A DNA stretch of 64,000 nt from Mustelus asterias (taxonomy: Eukaryota). Both the position numbers and the translations under genes were made by a program. The notes beneath the pieces were generated by a model, which saw only the letters and a program-made list of their open reading frames with translations, did not search any database and was not told where the DNA came from. Numbering within the stretch: position 1 is the first letter of the stretch; each line of letters starts with the position of its first letter. Positions 36,690-49,992 of this stretch are shown here, piece after piece. Where the stretch lies: NCBI RefSeq assembly GCF_964213995.1, contig NC_135804.1:26350001-26414000 (forward strand), read 5' to 3'.

Positions 36690-38340
36690 CACAGTACTTT
36701 GTAGCCATTAATCTGCTTTATCACTCCTTCAAGTCCACCTTTAATGTTCTTATATCTGACAAATCTTTACTCACCCTTTCTGATTGATTCCCCACAGCAC
36801 AGTTCCCATCTTCACTCCCTCAAGCCAAAAAGTGCAGACGTGAGCATACCTGGTGTACATCTGTTTTCTCCATTCATCGGCAGATCTCAGTGGATTACAT
36901 CAACCGCTATTGAACTACTCTGTTCTCTGCCAAAACTACCAACTACTTCAGGGTCATCCTGGAGAACAAAGATGATCCTGCCTTTTTTCTCCACTATCTC
37001 CACTTAAACCCTTCTCCCACCTCTCAACTCACCTCCAAAATATTTTGAATAAGATATTGAATATTTTCAATAAGATTGAGACCATCTGTTTACCTGCCTC
37101 TGCTGCTTCCTCCATCCACCAAACCGAACCTACCTACCTCCAGCTTATCTCTTCCCTATTCCTGTGTCCATGTTGATCTTCAGTTTCTCCCTTTCTCCGC
37201 TCCACTCCCACCTCTTTCCCTCCCCCCAATCCCATCTTGTGTATGAGATCCATTTACTGATCGCTTCACCCCATTCCCATTAACCACTGACCATGCAGTT
37301 TCCATTCCTGACTCCTAAACTGGCTAATATTCTAAATAATTCCAAGTATGTTCAAGTATTATCTATCACTTGCATCACCTTTCATCACCTCCCTCCCCAG
37401 TGTTTGCGTCTCTCCAGGAGATTTCCATCCCTGCCACGCTATTAAAATGTCCCTAAACAAATCACATCCTCCCTGCCTGTAACCATGATACATTATCCTT
37501 CTTCAGCTTCTCTGCGGCCTTTTACATGTTCAACTGCACTCTTCTCTTGATGCGCCTTTGTCCCATTGACCAGCAAGGGAATTATTCCAGTTCAACATTA
37601 GTTTTTCATCCCGCCCTGGCACTGCCATCCCGCCCTCACACCATTATTTTCAGAGTTCCCCAAGGATTTGTTCTTGGTCCCTTCCTCTTCCCGTTTCCTC
37701 TTAGTGACATGACCAGCAGTCATAGGGTGGGCTTACACAATAACTTAGCTCTACCGCTCAATCTGTCCGTTGCCCCTGTTGTCAGCCTGTCCGTTGCCCC
37801 TGTTGTCAGCTTGTCTTGTATCCAATTTTTGATGAACTGTAAGTTCCTATAATTAAATAATTGGAATACTGAAACTGTCCACTTTAGCCTTTGTGACTGA
37901 TTTCACTATCCTACCCAATTGTTGTTTCATGCTGAACCGGATGGTTCGCAGTCAGAATGTTTGACACTGAAATGAGCTACAGACCCCATCTCTACCCGAA
38001 AGACCATCTGTTACATCGCTTGCTTCAACCCGTGTCAGTTAATCTGCCACTGAATTCCCCACCCATGTCTCTGTAGTCTTAACGCTCAACTATTTTGATG
38101 CTCATCTGGCTAGCTTCCCATTCTTCACCCACTGTAAAATGCAACTCGCACAGTAGTCTTCTGCTGTACCTTATCCTACATCACATGCCACTTACCAATT
38201 GTCCTGTTTTGGCTATACTACATTAGCACCCAGTACACAATGTCTCCAAGTCAAAATTCTTATCCTCATTTCCAAATGCCTCTGTGGCCTTGTCCTCCTT
38301 ATCCCTGTAACCCCTTCCACGAGTACAGCCCTCCTTCCTT
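36690..38340 (+). mobile_element. Highly degraded L2-clade LINE
   Basis: Pyrimidine-rich sense strand, with the RT motif remnant VPQGFVLGPFLF at about 37650. Confidence 0.6.
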
Positions 38341-40159
38341 CTAAATGGGGCAGTTTCCCAGTCTTGCATAATGATCTGGAGAGCATGACCATACTTGAAT
38401 CCACGGCATCTGTATTTGGGTGAAAATGGAATCAATTTTTAATTGCTTACTGTCATTTTATTGTCTAAATTTGTGGTGGATGTGGCCAGAATGGTCATTT
38501 TGTGTTGATGTATTCACTTCAGTTTACCAGCGAATGTGATTAGCTGTTCAGACACCCTGCTCACATTGGCTATGTTGCTTTAATGTTGGCGGTGCTTTAA
38601 CATTGCCCAAGCCAGAGATGACTGCCACAAACCCTAGCATAATGTTGAAACTCTTGCTGGCACTGGAGTACATTGGGCTTCTCAGGACACCAGTTATTTG
38701 CATTAATAGTAATGGCCACTTGCTGTACATTTTCAATTAAATTTCCTACTGGTTCATTCATAGATTCATGTCTGTTGTCAATCTTTCAGGAATTAATAAA
38801 TTTAGAAAGCTTTGGGCTTTTTTTTGGAAGAACCTATTCGTATAAAAATAAATCCAAATGTAAATAAAAGCCACATTTGCATAATTAGTTGGTCATTTTT
38901 TTCATTTGAGGTATAGTTCTGAGGCCCCAGGCATGGGGTGCTGAATAGCAATCATGAATCCTGAACAATTTTTAGTTCCTAATCCAGGGACACAGAGTTC
39001 AGTTGCAGCTTGACTGTTGTTTTGTGTGTACTTTTGCCCTGCCTGTCACCAAATATCTCTATATGATTCAGCTACCTAATACGTACTGGATAAATTCTTT
39101 AAGCAATTGGAGCAGATTAAATTATGGTAGAAATTAGTGAAAGTTGTTATTTTGAAATCTTTTTCATTTGAGGAAAATTATAATTTAATTAGAATACACA
39201 ACTTTTCTCACTTTTGTTTCTAATTTTATAAGATATTCCACAAGGGTTAAATTTTAATATCTATCACAAACTGTCATCCACCCACTTCCATGCAAATGGA
39301 ATTTGCTTCAATACATATCCAGTTGTATTCCACAACAGCCTGACCTGTTCAGAAGCCAGGCATGGATAGAAGCCCAACAGTGGAGTTCTTGAGTCAAAGG
39401 GACTACATACCAAGAAGATTTATGTGTGGGTTGCTCATGTTGTACACCAGCCCAAACGTTTTTACATTTTGGTAACATTTCATGTGGGAAAACAATTTCT
39501 TAGTTCATTGCTCTTACTTGAACCTTTGGGAAGACCAAAGCTATGAAATGCGGTGGTGCTGGTAGTTGATATTAGGCTGTTGTGAGCCCCATCAACTGAA
39601 CTCTCTGTAATCAGCTATTATCACTCAAAATGTGATTGTGATATGTCTGTGTTCAATGCACCTGAGTTCTGATTTTGCTTTCTTCTATTTCTAATAAAAT
39701 TTCATTTGTCAATACATGTGTCGTGACTGTAGAACAATTGGTTAATTTCCTTTTTCCTCTAAATGTGCTTGTCTCTGGTTTGCATTTTCTTTCAGATCGC
39801 CAAACAAAAAATAGCCAATCAGACAATCTCTTAACAATCTCATTGCTTCAGAGATAATTTAAAAATCTCTTTACTTACATTAAAACAGTTATAAAAAATC
39901 TCCATGATAAAGCCACCATGATCCTCCTCACCTAGGCACACATTCTGGATTATCATTTGTTCCTAGGGGGAAAGAAAATGGCATTTGGACTGATGCACAC
40001 ATTAACAGTCCATTTATGGCATCCTGGTTTGGTTATGCCTAGGCTTCGCAGCCTTGCACTTGACTGGAAGGTATCTAAACCTCCTGAGCTTAGTTTGCAA
40101 TCATGGCTGTTGCTGCTGCCTCCTTTGTACACCTGTTCTCCTCAATTTTTAGAAACATT

Positions 40160-40480
40160 CTCTCACAGGATGTGGGTGTCAGTGATAAGTCAGCAATTAT
40201 TGTCCATCCCTAATTGCATTCAAGAAGGTGGTCAGTCATGAGCCATCTCCTTGAACCCCTCCAGTCCATGTGGTGTAGGTACACCCACTGTGCTGTTAGG
40301 AAGGCAGTTCTAGGATTTTGATCCAGCGACAGTGAAGGAATGGTGATATATTTCCTACTCAGGATGGTGTATGGCTTGGAAGGGAACTTGTTGTCCGATG
40401 CATCTGCTGCCCCTGGCCTTCTAGATCTTGCAGATTTGGAAGGTGCTGCCAAAGGAGCCTTGATGAGTTGCTGCAGTGCC
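40160..40480 (-). mobile_element. LINE 3' end sharing its tail with SINE family B
   Basis: Reverse complement of 8010-8270; its terminal part matches the family-B SINE tail. Confidence 0.65.
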
Positions 40481-41058
40481 CCTACTCTCTCTCTCTCTCT
40501 TGCCAAATCCAGCTGTAAAGGCCCCAGGCAACATATCCTACTTCAAAGATGCCTTAACCCTGGTATTATTGAAGCTTTAGGTTTTTAAGCTGGAAGATTC
40601 AGCTAGGCTTGAAAGGTTTTCAATCCTTTTTAATAAATTCTTGCGAAGATTAAAATGTCACCTTTCATTTAAAGTTCAATTTTGGTTTGTGTCTGTAAGA
40701 ACCAAATAACAGCTATCAGGTAGCCTATCGGGGGTTTAGTTTTATCAGTGCTTAGAGAATGCAATCAGGTTTTGTCCTTGGAAGAATATATTAAAATGTT
40801 GACATGCCTTGCATGCCCAAGTCAGTGATGAGCAACTTACGGTAGATGGGTTTCATTTTTTCCATGTACTCAGTTAGCCAAGACCCAGATCGAAGCACTG
40901 CTGTTCAGTTTCCTCCACACTGAGTTTCTGATCCTATTTTCTCTCTCATCCAGATGTCTTGTAGTAGCTCAGGGACACTACATCAGTGCTGTTCAAGACT
41001 GCAATTCTTATTCTACCTATGCTATCCTCTTTTTACAACAAGAATGTATCTGTTCTAA

Positions 41059-41228
41059 GAAAAGCAATTTACTGTGGATGCTGGAATCTGAAACAAAACC
41101 AGAAGATGCTGGAAAAGCTCAGCAGGGCTGACAGCATCTGTGGAGAGAGAACAGAGTCAACTTTCCAATCTGTTCTCCCTCCACAGTTGTTGTCAGACCT
41201 GTTGAGATTTTCCAGCATCTTCTGTTTT
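41059..41228. mobile_element. Palindromic PLE stub (family B), hammerhead cores deleted, ~14-bp TSD
   Basis: Inverted arms; tgtatctgttctaa at 41045-41058 versus tgtatctattctaa at 41229-41242. Confidence 0.8.
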
Positions 41229-41863
41229 TGTATCTATTCTAATCTTTACCAAGTCTATGTAACCTGAATTTCCTCCGTCTCAATTTGCATGTGTATTTTA
41301 GTTGCTGTTCCAGACCCAACCCATTAATCCCATTTCCCTTTCTCTTGCCGTTCTCTTTAATTTTTTCGGGCTATCATATCCTGTCTCTTCCCCTTCCTGC
41401 TACACATTTATATATCTTTTCATTCCTTCCTTCTCCAGTATTTGGCCACTTTATTCTGTGCCTGACTTCCTCTTAAGTAAGCCAATAGTTTGCCTCTATC
41501 TCTTTTGTAATTCTCTGAAGAGGAACGGCCTCTTGACAGACAGCAGCCCACCTGTCCATCATCTCGCACCGACTTTTCTATCCAGCTTACTCACTGCAGG
41601 CTACTCTTGTCAACCTCCTTCTTGTCTTCCTCACCTCTCCCACCACAGACATGGAATTCTGCTAGAGGATCTACAATCTCCACCCTTCAATGCATCTCCT
41701 TCCAGAATTTCAATTCCGTTGCAAGCAAGACCCTAGTCATCCATATTGTGGACAGGCATTACGGCGTTCATGGAAACTTTTGATCACAGCAGTGACAGCT
41801 TGTTTCTTACTGAAACTTTCACTTCTGTCTATCAATTCATCATTAAACTGAATCATACTGCCA

Positions 41864-42155
41864 TGGGGTGGCACAGTGGTTCCCTGTTGCCTCACAGCGC
41901 CAAGGACCCGGGTTCGATTCCCGGTTTGCATCACTGCCTGTGCTGAGTCTGCACATTCTCCCCGTGTCTGCGTGGGTTTCCTCCGGGTGCTCCGGTTTCC
42001 TCCCACAGTCCGAAAGACCTGCTGGTTAGGTGCATCGACTATGCTAAGTTCTCCCTCAATGTACCCGAACAGGCGCTGGAGTGTGGCAACTAGGGTATTT
42101 TCACAGTAACTTCATTGCAGTTTTAATGTAAGCCGCCTTGCGACACTAATAATTA
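41864..42155 (+). mobile_element. HE1-like SINE (tail b)
   Basis: Full head, V-domain and tail b. Confidence 0.85.
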
Positions 42156-42250
42156 AAAGCATTTTTAAAAAATGATAGCGGTGAGGCTTATATCAGCAAA
42201 TCTTACCTTGGCCTCACCCCAAGTCCTCCGGCACCTCTTTTAAACGCCTT

Positions 42251-43080
42251 GGGCCCGATTTTACCATCGCTTGGGACCATTTTAGGGTGCGAAAACTTGG
42301 TAAAGTCGGGCGTGAGGCGAGTAGCACGATCCGCGCCCGCCTCTGCGCCGGTTCCCCCTTTACCAAGGCCTAAAAATAGCCACGTTCGGAACCGTGCCCG
42401 AAATGGGCACGACGTAATGGGCTGCACGCCCAACTTTACTGGCACTTCCCCCTTTACCACCACATTCGCCCATTCAGAATCGGCGCGAAACAGACATGCT
42501 CCGTAGAAGTCCGATTCGGGGCTCCAGTTAGTGAGGAGGTAGGTGCCTAGCATCCGACGGCTCTCTGCTTGAGATTGGTGGGGGGGGGGGGGAACGTGGG
42601 TCTGCTGCCACACTGCTTGAGATCGGTTGGCGGGGGGGGGGGGGTGTCCGCTGCCGCTCTTCCTGAAATCAGTGGAGGGGAAGGGGGGTCTGCTGCCACT
42701 GCCTGAGGTCGGTTGGGGGGGGGAGTTAGGGAAGGGCTTGCGTTTGGTCTGGGTGGGGGGATAAGAGGGTCACTAATGTTGTGGGGATGGGGCAATGTCT
42801 ATGGGGGTCAGGGGGAGTCATTATCCGGCCCGGGAGGGATGTGGCAGGGGAGCATTCTATCATTTTGTTTTCTCTGAGTATGTGTAGTTGGAGGCGCTGA
42901 TCGGAGCTGTAGGGTTTCAGGCACGTTAAGCCCCGCCCACAGACTTGTGCAGCATGATTCGGAATCGCTGATATTTTTTCAGGCAGAGTGCGCCTCAGAA
43001 CGGGTCTGAAAGTCGGATCTGAAACACTCCCTGTTTCAAGTCCACCCAGCACTTAGAATCAAAATGATAAAATAGGGCCC
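42251..43080. mobile_element. GC-rich PIF/Harbinger-type MITE (copy 2)
   Basis: TIRs GGGCCCGATTTTACCAT / ATGATAAAATAGGGCCC, with a 3-bp TSD CTT on both sides. Confidence 0.82.
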
Positions 43081-43929
43081 CTTGTCTTGTTCCACTACTA
43101 GCAGCAATCCTTGAAGGCACTTACAGTGGCTCTTTCAAACTCCCAGCTGTCTAACCTTTGGCCTCCTGTTCAGCTATGAATCTGTTCAATCACTTCTACA
43201 CCTCTACCTTTGATGCTCTTGACCCCCATAAAGCTCTTGCTCTCTTCCACCTGGTTACACCCCCTAGTGCAGCTCCTTGTCTAAGAGGCACAGCCTAAAG
43301 GTTTGTGTTGCACAGCTAGATTAATCATTTGTTGCCTGATCTCGCTGGACCACATCAATCACCATCAGACCCTGTTCCCATCTTCCAAAAGACTTCCTAT
43401 TCCAGGATCATTCTGCAATGCAAAATAATCCATGCTTTATTCCACTACCAACCATGTCCTTAAGCCGCTCCTTCAACCCCTTGCCCATTCCACCCTTGTC
43501 TCCAATAAGTGCAAGGAGCTCACAGACAGCTTTGTCACGGAGACCATTCACTTATCAGTGTCAAGCTTGTCTGATTCTGCTCCTGTGAAGCTCTATGGAT
43601 AATTTTCTTATGTTAAATGCACTATATGACTGTGGGTGCCAGATGAGAATAGGATTGCATTTTTTGTGATATTCCCTGTCGTTGAATAACCTACAGTCAA
43701 GACTGAAACATGAAGAATGGTTGTTTTAGCAAAGTACTGCAGGGCACCTGTCTACTCTGATAAGGAATCAGTGTCTCGAAGAGAGAACGGGAGCTGGTGG
43801 GGGGAAAGATAATAAGTGCAACAATATCTAACTTGGTGAAGTACTTACGGTTGATGCACATCTTCTAGAGGATCACAATAGAAGATGCTACCTGTACCAG
43901 TTTGATAATGTGCTGTAAGCAAAACATTT

Positions 43930-44345
43930 ATGTCAAATGTGACTCAGTTGATAGCACTCTTGCTTCTAAGTTAAAAAGCTGTGCTTTCAAGAGTTAAACA
44001 CAAAATCCAGGCTAATACTCTAGTGCAGTACTGTCCAACGGTGCCATCATTCAGTTAAGGCATTAAACCAAAACCATGTTTGTCCTCAGACATAAAAGAT
44101 CCATGGCACTGTTTAATGAAAAACAGAGGAATTCACATGGTGCCTTGGTCAATATTTATCGTTTAACCAGCATCATTAAAACAGGTTACCTACACATTAA
44201 TGCATTGTTGATTATGGGACCATGTTGTGTGCAAATTGTCTGCCATATTCCCTACATTACCGCGTGACTACACTTAAAAAGTACCCTGGCTGTATAATGC
44301 TTTGGGCATCATGCTGTGTGGGACACTAAGAATGTGTCTTTCAGC
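43930..44345 (+). mobile_element. Deu-domain SINE, degraded
   Basis: aaaagatccatggcact...ggtcaatatttatc...ttcctacattac, colinear with 46000-46550. Confidence 0.6.
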
Positions 44346-45023
44346 TTTACTAATATTTCTCTTTAACGTGAGCGTTCAAAGAATATTTGATTGTGGTTAA
44401 CCTCCAAACTAAGCTGTGTTCTATCCCGATCGGATGTCCATAAATGCTTTTTCAGCAGGGGTCACTGAATAGCTGTGAGGAACAGGAGGGTTGGCTGATT
44501 CATTAAAGATCTGGAATCAAACTTACCATCTTTGCCTTTTAGAAGTCTTTCCAAAACCCATATGTATCTGACTAAACTTTTGACCACCTCTTCCACAAAG
44601 GCTTGGTGTCTGCTCTTTTCCTCCTTTGTGTCATGTACCTTGAGATTTTTTTTCCTACATTAAAGCTATTGTATAAATGCAAATTATTGTTGACGTTCTG
44701 TTGAATTTATTATTGTTTTGTATTTTTAAGTAACAGTTTTCTGAAAGGGAACTGTGACTTTGCCCTGTTGTTTCAGAAGCATTGTTCTGGAAACTACTAC
44801 ACTGCAGTTATTGACTTCAATGACTAATCGTTTTTGCTTTTGTACAGCTGAGTCCTGTAAGTTTGGGATGCAATAAGCTTCTGTTGTATAAAGCCCAGAG
44901 AAAACTCACATCAGCAATATGTTTCTATCCTCATGCCAGTGAACACTAACCACAGGCTCAACTGGATGAATGGGATCAGACTTTGAGTTTATGTTTTTTT
45001 AAAGGCATGCCTTCGTATCAATA

Positions 45024-45255
45024 TGAAAACAGAAAATGCTGGAAATACTCAAAGTCTGGCAGCATCTGTGGAGAGAGAAACAGAGTTAATATTTCAGGTC
45101 GAGGGCCTTTCACCAGAAATTCCAATGAAAAGTCATTGACCTAAAACATTAACTCTGTTTCTCTCTCTGCAGATGCAGCATGACATGCTGAGTATTTCCA
45201 GCATTTGCCCTTTTCCTTCTCAGATTTCCAGCATTTGCAGTGTTTTGCTTTTGTA
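45024..45255. mobile_element. Palindromic PLE stub (family B) with two back-to-back degenerate hammerheads
   Basis: Inverted arms centred near 45120; imperfect 12-bp TSD ttcgtatcaata (45012-45023) / ttcatgtcaata (45256-45267). Confidence 0.8.
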
Positions 45256-46338
45256 TTCATGTCAATAGCTTTCGTGAATCTCTAGATGCAGAAATGGTTG
45301 CAAGGAGAGTAACCTTCTCTGCTATTATATAGGACCTTACTCATAGCTGGAAATTGGCATATGACAAACAGATGAATTCAAGTTTCAGGCTTCAGTTGAT
45401 CTTTGATGTCTTGTGCCAACTTTATATTGGTTAGTAATTGAAGATGTCCATGCAATGGATAGTACAGTTCATTTGACTCTTGATCGCCCCTGTGAACTCA
45501 GTCGTTGCCTGGTAGTTTAACAATACTTTGCGGTCTCTTAACAGCTAATGTTGATGAGGATACACTTGCTGTTGATTGTTCTGCAGTGTCTTCTGTCATG
45601 TAGTTCTGCTGGAAGCATTATATGCTATGACAGGCTTGTTCCTGAGGTCACATCCAACATTACATTTAACCAGGCATCCAGGCATCCAGCTTATCTTGGT
45701 GGTGGTATTTGCTGTGATGGTCTCCCTCAGGAATTGGAACTTCTGCATGCATTAATTATTTGGAAACTCATGGTCTTGGCCACCTGTCTGCAGATATGGA
45801 TGTGAGAATCCTAGTGACGGAGGTACAGACCACCTGCTGTGCAGCCTGTTTCCCTTGCCCCACTCCCTATCCCCTTAAAAACAAAATAACCTAAAATTAC
45901 AGCACAAGAGAACTAAAGGAAATGAAGTAACTACGCCGAAATACATTTACCTTAACATCAGAATCTTCTCCTGACTGAACCATGACCATATTCAATGTAC
46001 AGAAATGACCTTAGCTCTGTTGCCTTTGACTCAAAAAATTTTGGGTTTAAGATCGCTCAGATACTTGAGCACAAAAGTCTATGATGACACATCAGTGCGG
46101 TCCTGCAGGAACACTGCACTGTCAGCGGTGCCATCTTTCAGGTGAACTGTCTGACCCTGTCTGCTCTCAAGTGGGCATAAAAGATCCCATGACACTATTT
46201 CAAAGAAAAGCTGGGGAGTTTTCCCCGGTTCGATGTTTATCCCTGAACCGAGATCACTAAGCAGATGACCTGTCATTACCTCATTGCTGTTTGTGGGTGT
46301 TCTCTGTATGAAAATTGGTTGCTGCATTCCTACATTAC

Positions 46339-46444
46339 GATGCACTCACCTGAAGAAGGGGCTCAGAGCCTCGAAAGCTTGTGTGGCTTTTGCTACCAAA
46401 TAAACCTGTTGGACTTTAACCTGGTGTTGTTAAACTTCTTACTG
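46339..46444 (+). mobile_element. ~106-bp PLE stub (family A) with 12-bp TSD
   Basis: ttcctacattac at 46327-46338 and 46445-46456; nearly identical to 57053-57153. Confidence 0.88.
46347..46383 (+). ncRNA. Minimal type I hammerhead ribozyme motif (intact)
   Basis: CAC-CTGAAGA-A-GGGGC(TCAGA)GCCTC-GAAA-G-CTT-GTG, with palindromic AAGCTT in place of stem III. Confidence 0.75.
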
Positions 46445-46654
46445 TTCCTACATTACAACAGGGGCTACAATTCAAAAATACTTCATTAACTGTAAAGCAC
46501 ATTGGAAAGTTTTGTGATCATGGGAAGTGCTATATAGATGCAAGTTCTTTTAGTTATACAATTTTACATAATTAAGTAGATTATGTATATAACTATCTTA
46601 TTTTAAGTTGCTGGTATTTACTTGTAAACAAGGATGACCCATTGAGTTATATGA

Positions 46655-47225
46655 CATATTGGATGCAGCTGTATAGAACGCTGGTTAGGCCACATTTGGA
46701 GTACTGCGTCCAGTTCTGGTCGCCGCACTACCAGAAGGACGTGGAGGCGTTAGAGAGAGTGCAGAGAAGGTTTACCAGGATGTTGCCTGGTATGGAGGGT
46801 CTTAGCTATGAGGAGAGATTGGGTAAACTGGGGTTGTTCTCCCTGGAAAGACGGAGAATGAGGGGAGATCTAATAGAGGTGTACAAGATTATGAAGGGGA
46901 TAGATAGGGTGAACGGTGGGAAGCTTTTTCCCAGGTCAGAAGTGACATTCACGAGGGGTCACGGGCTCAAGGTGAGAGGGGCGAAGTATAACTCAGATAT
47001 TAGAGGGATGTTTTTTACACAGAGGGTGGTGGGGGCCTGGAATGCGCTGCCAAGTAGGGTGGTGGAGGCAGGCACGCTGACATCGTTTAAGACTTACCTG
47101 GAGAGTCACATGAGCAGCCTGGGAATGGAGGGATACAAACGATTGGTCTAGTTGGACCAAGGAGCGGCACAGGCTTGGAGGGCCGAAGGGCCTGTTTCCT
47201 GTGCTGTACTGTTCTTTGTTCTTTG
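46655..47225 (+). mobile_element. Young 5'-truncated CR1 LINE 3' end
   Basis: Open ORF2 C-terminus (LYRTLVRPHLEYCVQFWSPHY...WNALP), CpGs retained, ending in (TTTGTTC)n. Confidence 0.92.
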
Positions 47226-47829
47226 TTTTGGACACAAAAATCCAATAGGTCATACCACAGGAGATGACTTCACAATGTATGAAAATTTGTGTTTTATATT
47301 GAACTCTGTTTGGTTCTGATTTAAGAATGAATTGTTTTGGAATCTGAAAGTGTGCACATGTGTCAGTGCAGCACTTCCTCAGGACTGCACTGCTGTGTTA
47401 GCCTCGATTTTTATGTCTGTTCTGTATGTGGGGTGTTCAATACTGTGCTAATGATCTGGAAGCATTTGTTGAAATCCCACTATAGAAGATGGGAAATTTA
47501 AATTCAATGAATTAAATACATCTGAAATTTAAAAATAGTCTCCGTGATAGTGACCATGAAAATACCGAATTGTTGTAAAACCCGATCTGGTTCACTAATG
47601 TCCTTTAGGGAAGCAGATCTGCCCTGTTTACCCAAGCTGACCTATATATGATTCCAGACCCAGAGAAATGTGGTTGATTCTTAACTGTGCTCTGCCTAGC
47701 ATGCCCCTCGGTCATACTCGGTCCTTCTCGAGGGCAAATAGAGATGGGCAATCGATGCTGACTTTGCCAATGAAGCAAACGTGGTGAATGAGTAAGGATG
47801 GCATGCTTTGAAGGGCTTATTGAGAAGCT

Positions 47830-48150
47830 GGAAACTAGAGGGCATAGGTTTAATAAAACTAGAGGGCATAGGTTTATGGTGAGAGGGGAGAGATACAAGA
47901 GGGTCCAGAGGGGCAATTTTTTCACACACACGGTGGTGAGTGTCTGGAACAAGCTGCCTGAGATAGTAGTAGAGGTGGGTACAATTTTGTCTTTTAAACA
48001 GCATTTAAACAGTGACATGGGTAAGGTGGCTATAGAGAGATATGGGCCAAACACGGGCAATTGGGACTAGTTTAGTGGTTAAAAACAAAGGGGCGGCAAG
48101 GACAAGTTAGGCCGAAGGAGCTGTTTTCATGCTGTAAACCTCTATGACTC
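47830..48150 (+). mobile_element. CR1 3' fragment with a 21-bp tandem duplication at its 5' junction
   Basis: Similar to 18960-19270; aaactagagggcataggttta at 47832-47852 and 47856-47876. Confidence 0.85.
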
Positions 48151-48305
48151 TTAAGTTACAAGTTCATTCATTAATGATAATTTATTAGCTTGATAATTAA
48201 GTTCTTCATAGATTTTGGTAACATAATTCTTCATGAGTCAGGAATGTTTTTTTGAGAAAGATTACCCTGCAAACTGGTTGCTAACAATGATCCACTGTCT
48301 CTCAG

Positions 48306-48462
48306 GTTTTGCCAGGAATGTTTGCAACCCTGCCTCCAAGTTGTGTCACCTCTGTGTCCACTTTGTCGTATGCCATTTGACCCAAAAAAGGTGGAAAAGG
48401 CCTCTAATGTGGAGAAACAACTTTCTTCTTATAAGGCTCCCTGCCGAGGATGCAATAAAAAG
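48306..48462 (+). CDS. RNF166: RNF166 exon 2 (157 nt; FCQECLQPCLQVVSPLCPLCRMPFDPKKV...APCRGCNKK)
   Basis: ctcag| acceptor and |gtaagc donor; completes the RING and starts the C2HC finger; phase matches exon 1. Confidence 0.97.
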
Positions 48463-48694
48463 GTAAGCAAAAGCAAACCAATTAATTTAGTATATTTTGG
48501 AATTACATTTTTTTAAAAATTGATTTCTAAAATGATATCCATATTTATTCAATGAAGGTTGAAATTCTAAAACAGTTTGTTGTCCTGTGCTGCAGTAGAT
48601 GATCTACTTATGGGTTTGGAATCATCCACTATTTCCCATGTCTTTAGCAACATGTTGAAATGACAACAAAATTACTTATTTTGATATTTTCAGA

Positions 48695-49095
48695 CGAATG
48701 AGGGGGGAATCTCATAGAGACTTTTAAAATTCTAACAGGACTAAACAGGGTAGATGCATGGAGGATATTCCCGATGGTGGGAGAGTCCAGAACCAGGGGT
48801 CACACTCTGAGGATACAGGGTAGACCATTTAGGATGGAGGTGAGGAGACATTTCTTCACCCAAAGAGCGGTGAGCCTGTGGACTTCACTACCACAGGAAG
48901 TAGTTGATGCCAAAACGTTGAATGTATTCAAGAGCTGGCTGGATATAGCATTTGGGGCGAATGGGATCAAAGGTTATGGGGAAAAAGCAAAATTAGGCGA
49001 TTAAGTTGGAGAATCAGCCGTGATCATAATGAATGGCAGAGCAGGCTCGAAGGGCCAAATGGCCTCCTCCTGTTCCTATCTTCTATGTTTCTATA
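48695..49095 (+). mobile_element. CR1 3' fragment
   Basis: ESRTRGH...FFTQRAVSLW peptide followed by a CR1 tail. Confidence 0.8.
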
Positions 49096-49992
49096 GAAGA
49101 AATGATGGAGACAGGCAGAGAATGTGATTTTGTTGCTCTGTTTTGTACAATTAGTGGAATAAATGGTGTCTGCCCTAGTCTAATGTTGCATATTATTGCA
49201 TGACTTTGTGATACTATAAACCTTTCGCTACTCAAAGATTTTAATGTTGGGCATTTACCCTTCATTAAATTCTCCATTCAGTTTTTAATTGTGATTTCTA
49301 GCTACTTACAAACTCTTTGCTGCAGCTCCTGTAAATCCTGCAGTTCAGAAACATTAGGTTCAATCTTATTTTGCAGGCAGGGGCTGGGAAATTGAAGCCC
49401 TCACATTGCCAGGACAACAGTTTAATGACTTGGGTGTTGAGGAGTCATACTAACAGCTGTAAGGACATGGCTGATGGTAAATGCCAAGCTCTTCAATTCC
49501 CAGAAGAGGAACTTGGAACAACTGCCCTCAACTGTGTTCTTGCAATTTGGGGCGAAATTTTACACAGCCCTGTCGGGTGTGCACCTGACCCGGAAGCTCG
49601 TGATGACATCAGGTGCACGTCCCAACGCCATCATGTGCTCTTGATAATTTGGTTGGTGAGCACAGACACGGATCAGTAGCGCACCCGTCAACAATTAGGG
49701 AGCCACTTGAGAGGATTAATTCTGCAGTTAACAGGAATATTATGTTGCCTGCGTGATTTTTATGTCGGCACACGAGCAGGCAACCAATCCGCTTTTGCAG
49801 TTTTCACATCCAAGGACGGGGTAAAGGGAGGATTTTCACAGTGACCTCATTGCAATGTTAATGTAGGCCTACTTGTGACACTAATAAATAAATTTTTAAC
49901 TGAAAGTTAGGAGTTTTGGAGGGTTCAGTGAGTGTTTCGTTTGGAGCATTTTCTCTGCATTCTTTGGAGGTTCAGCATATGTGGGGGAGGGA

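Larger units (their letters stand above)
46000..46550 (+). mobile_element. Deu-domain SINE interrupted by a PLE stub
   Basis: The Deu-like core ctcattgctgtttgtggg...ttggttgctgcattcctacattac resumes after 46445. Confidence 0.65.

Noticed and set aside
37762-37811. 24-bp perfect tandem duplication
   Set aside because: An ordinary slippage duplication inside a decayed L2 element.
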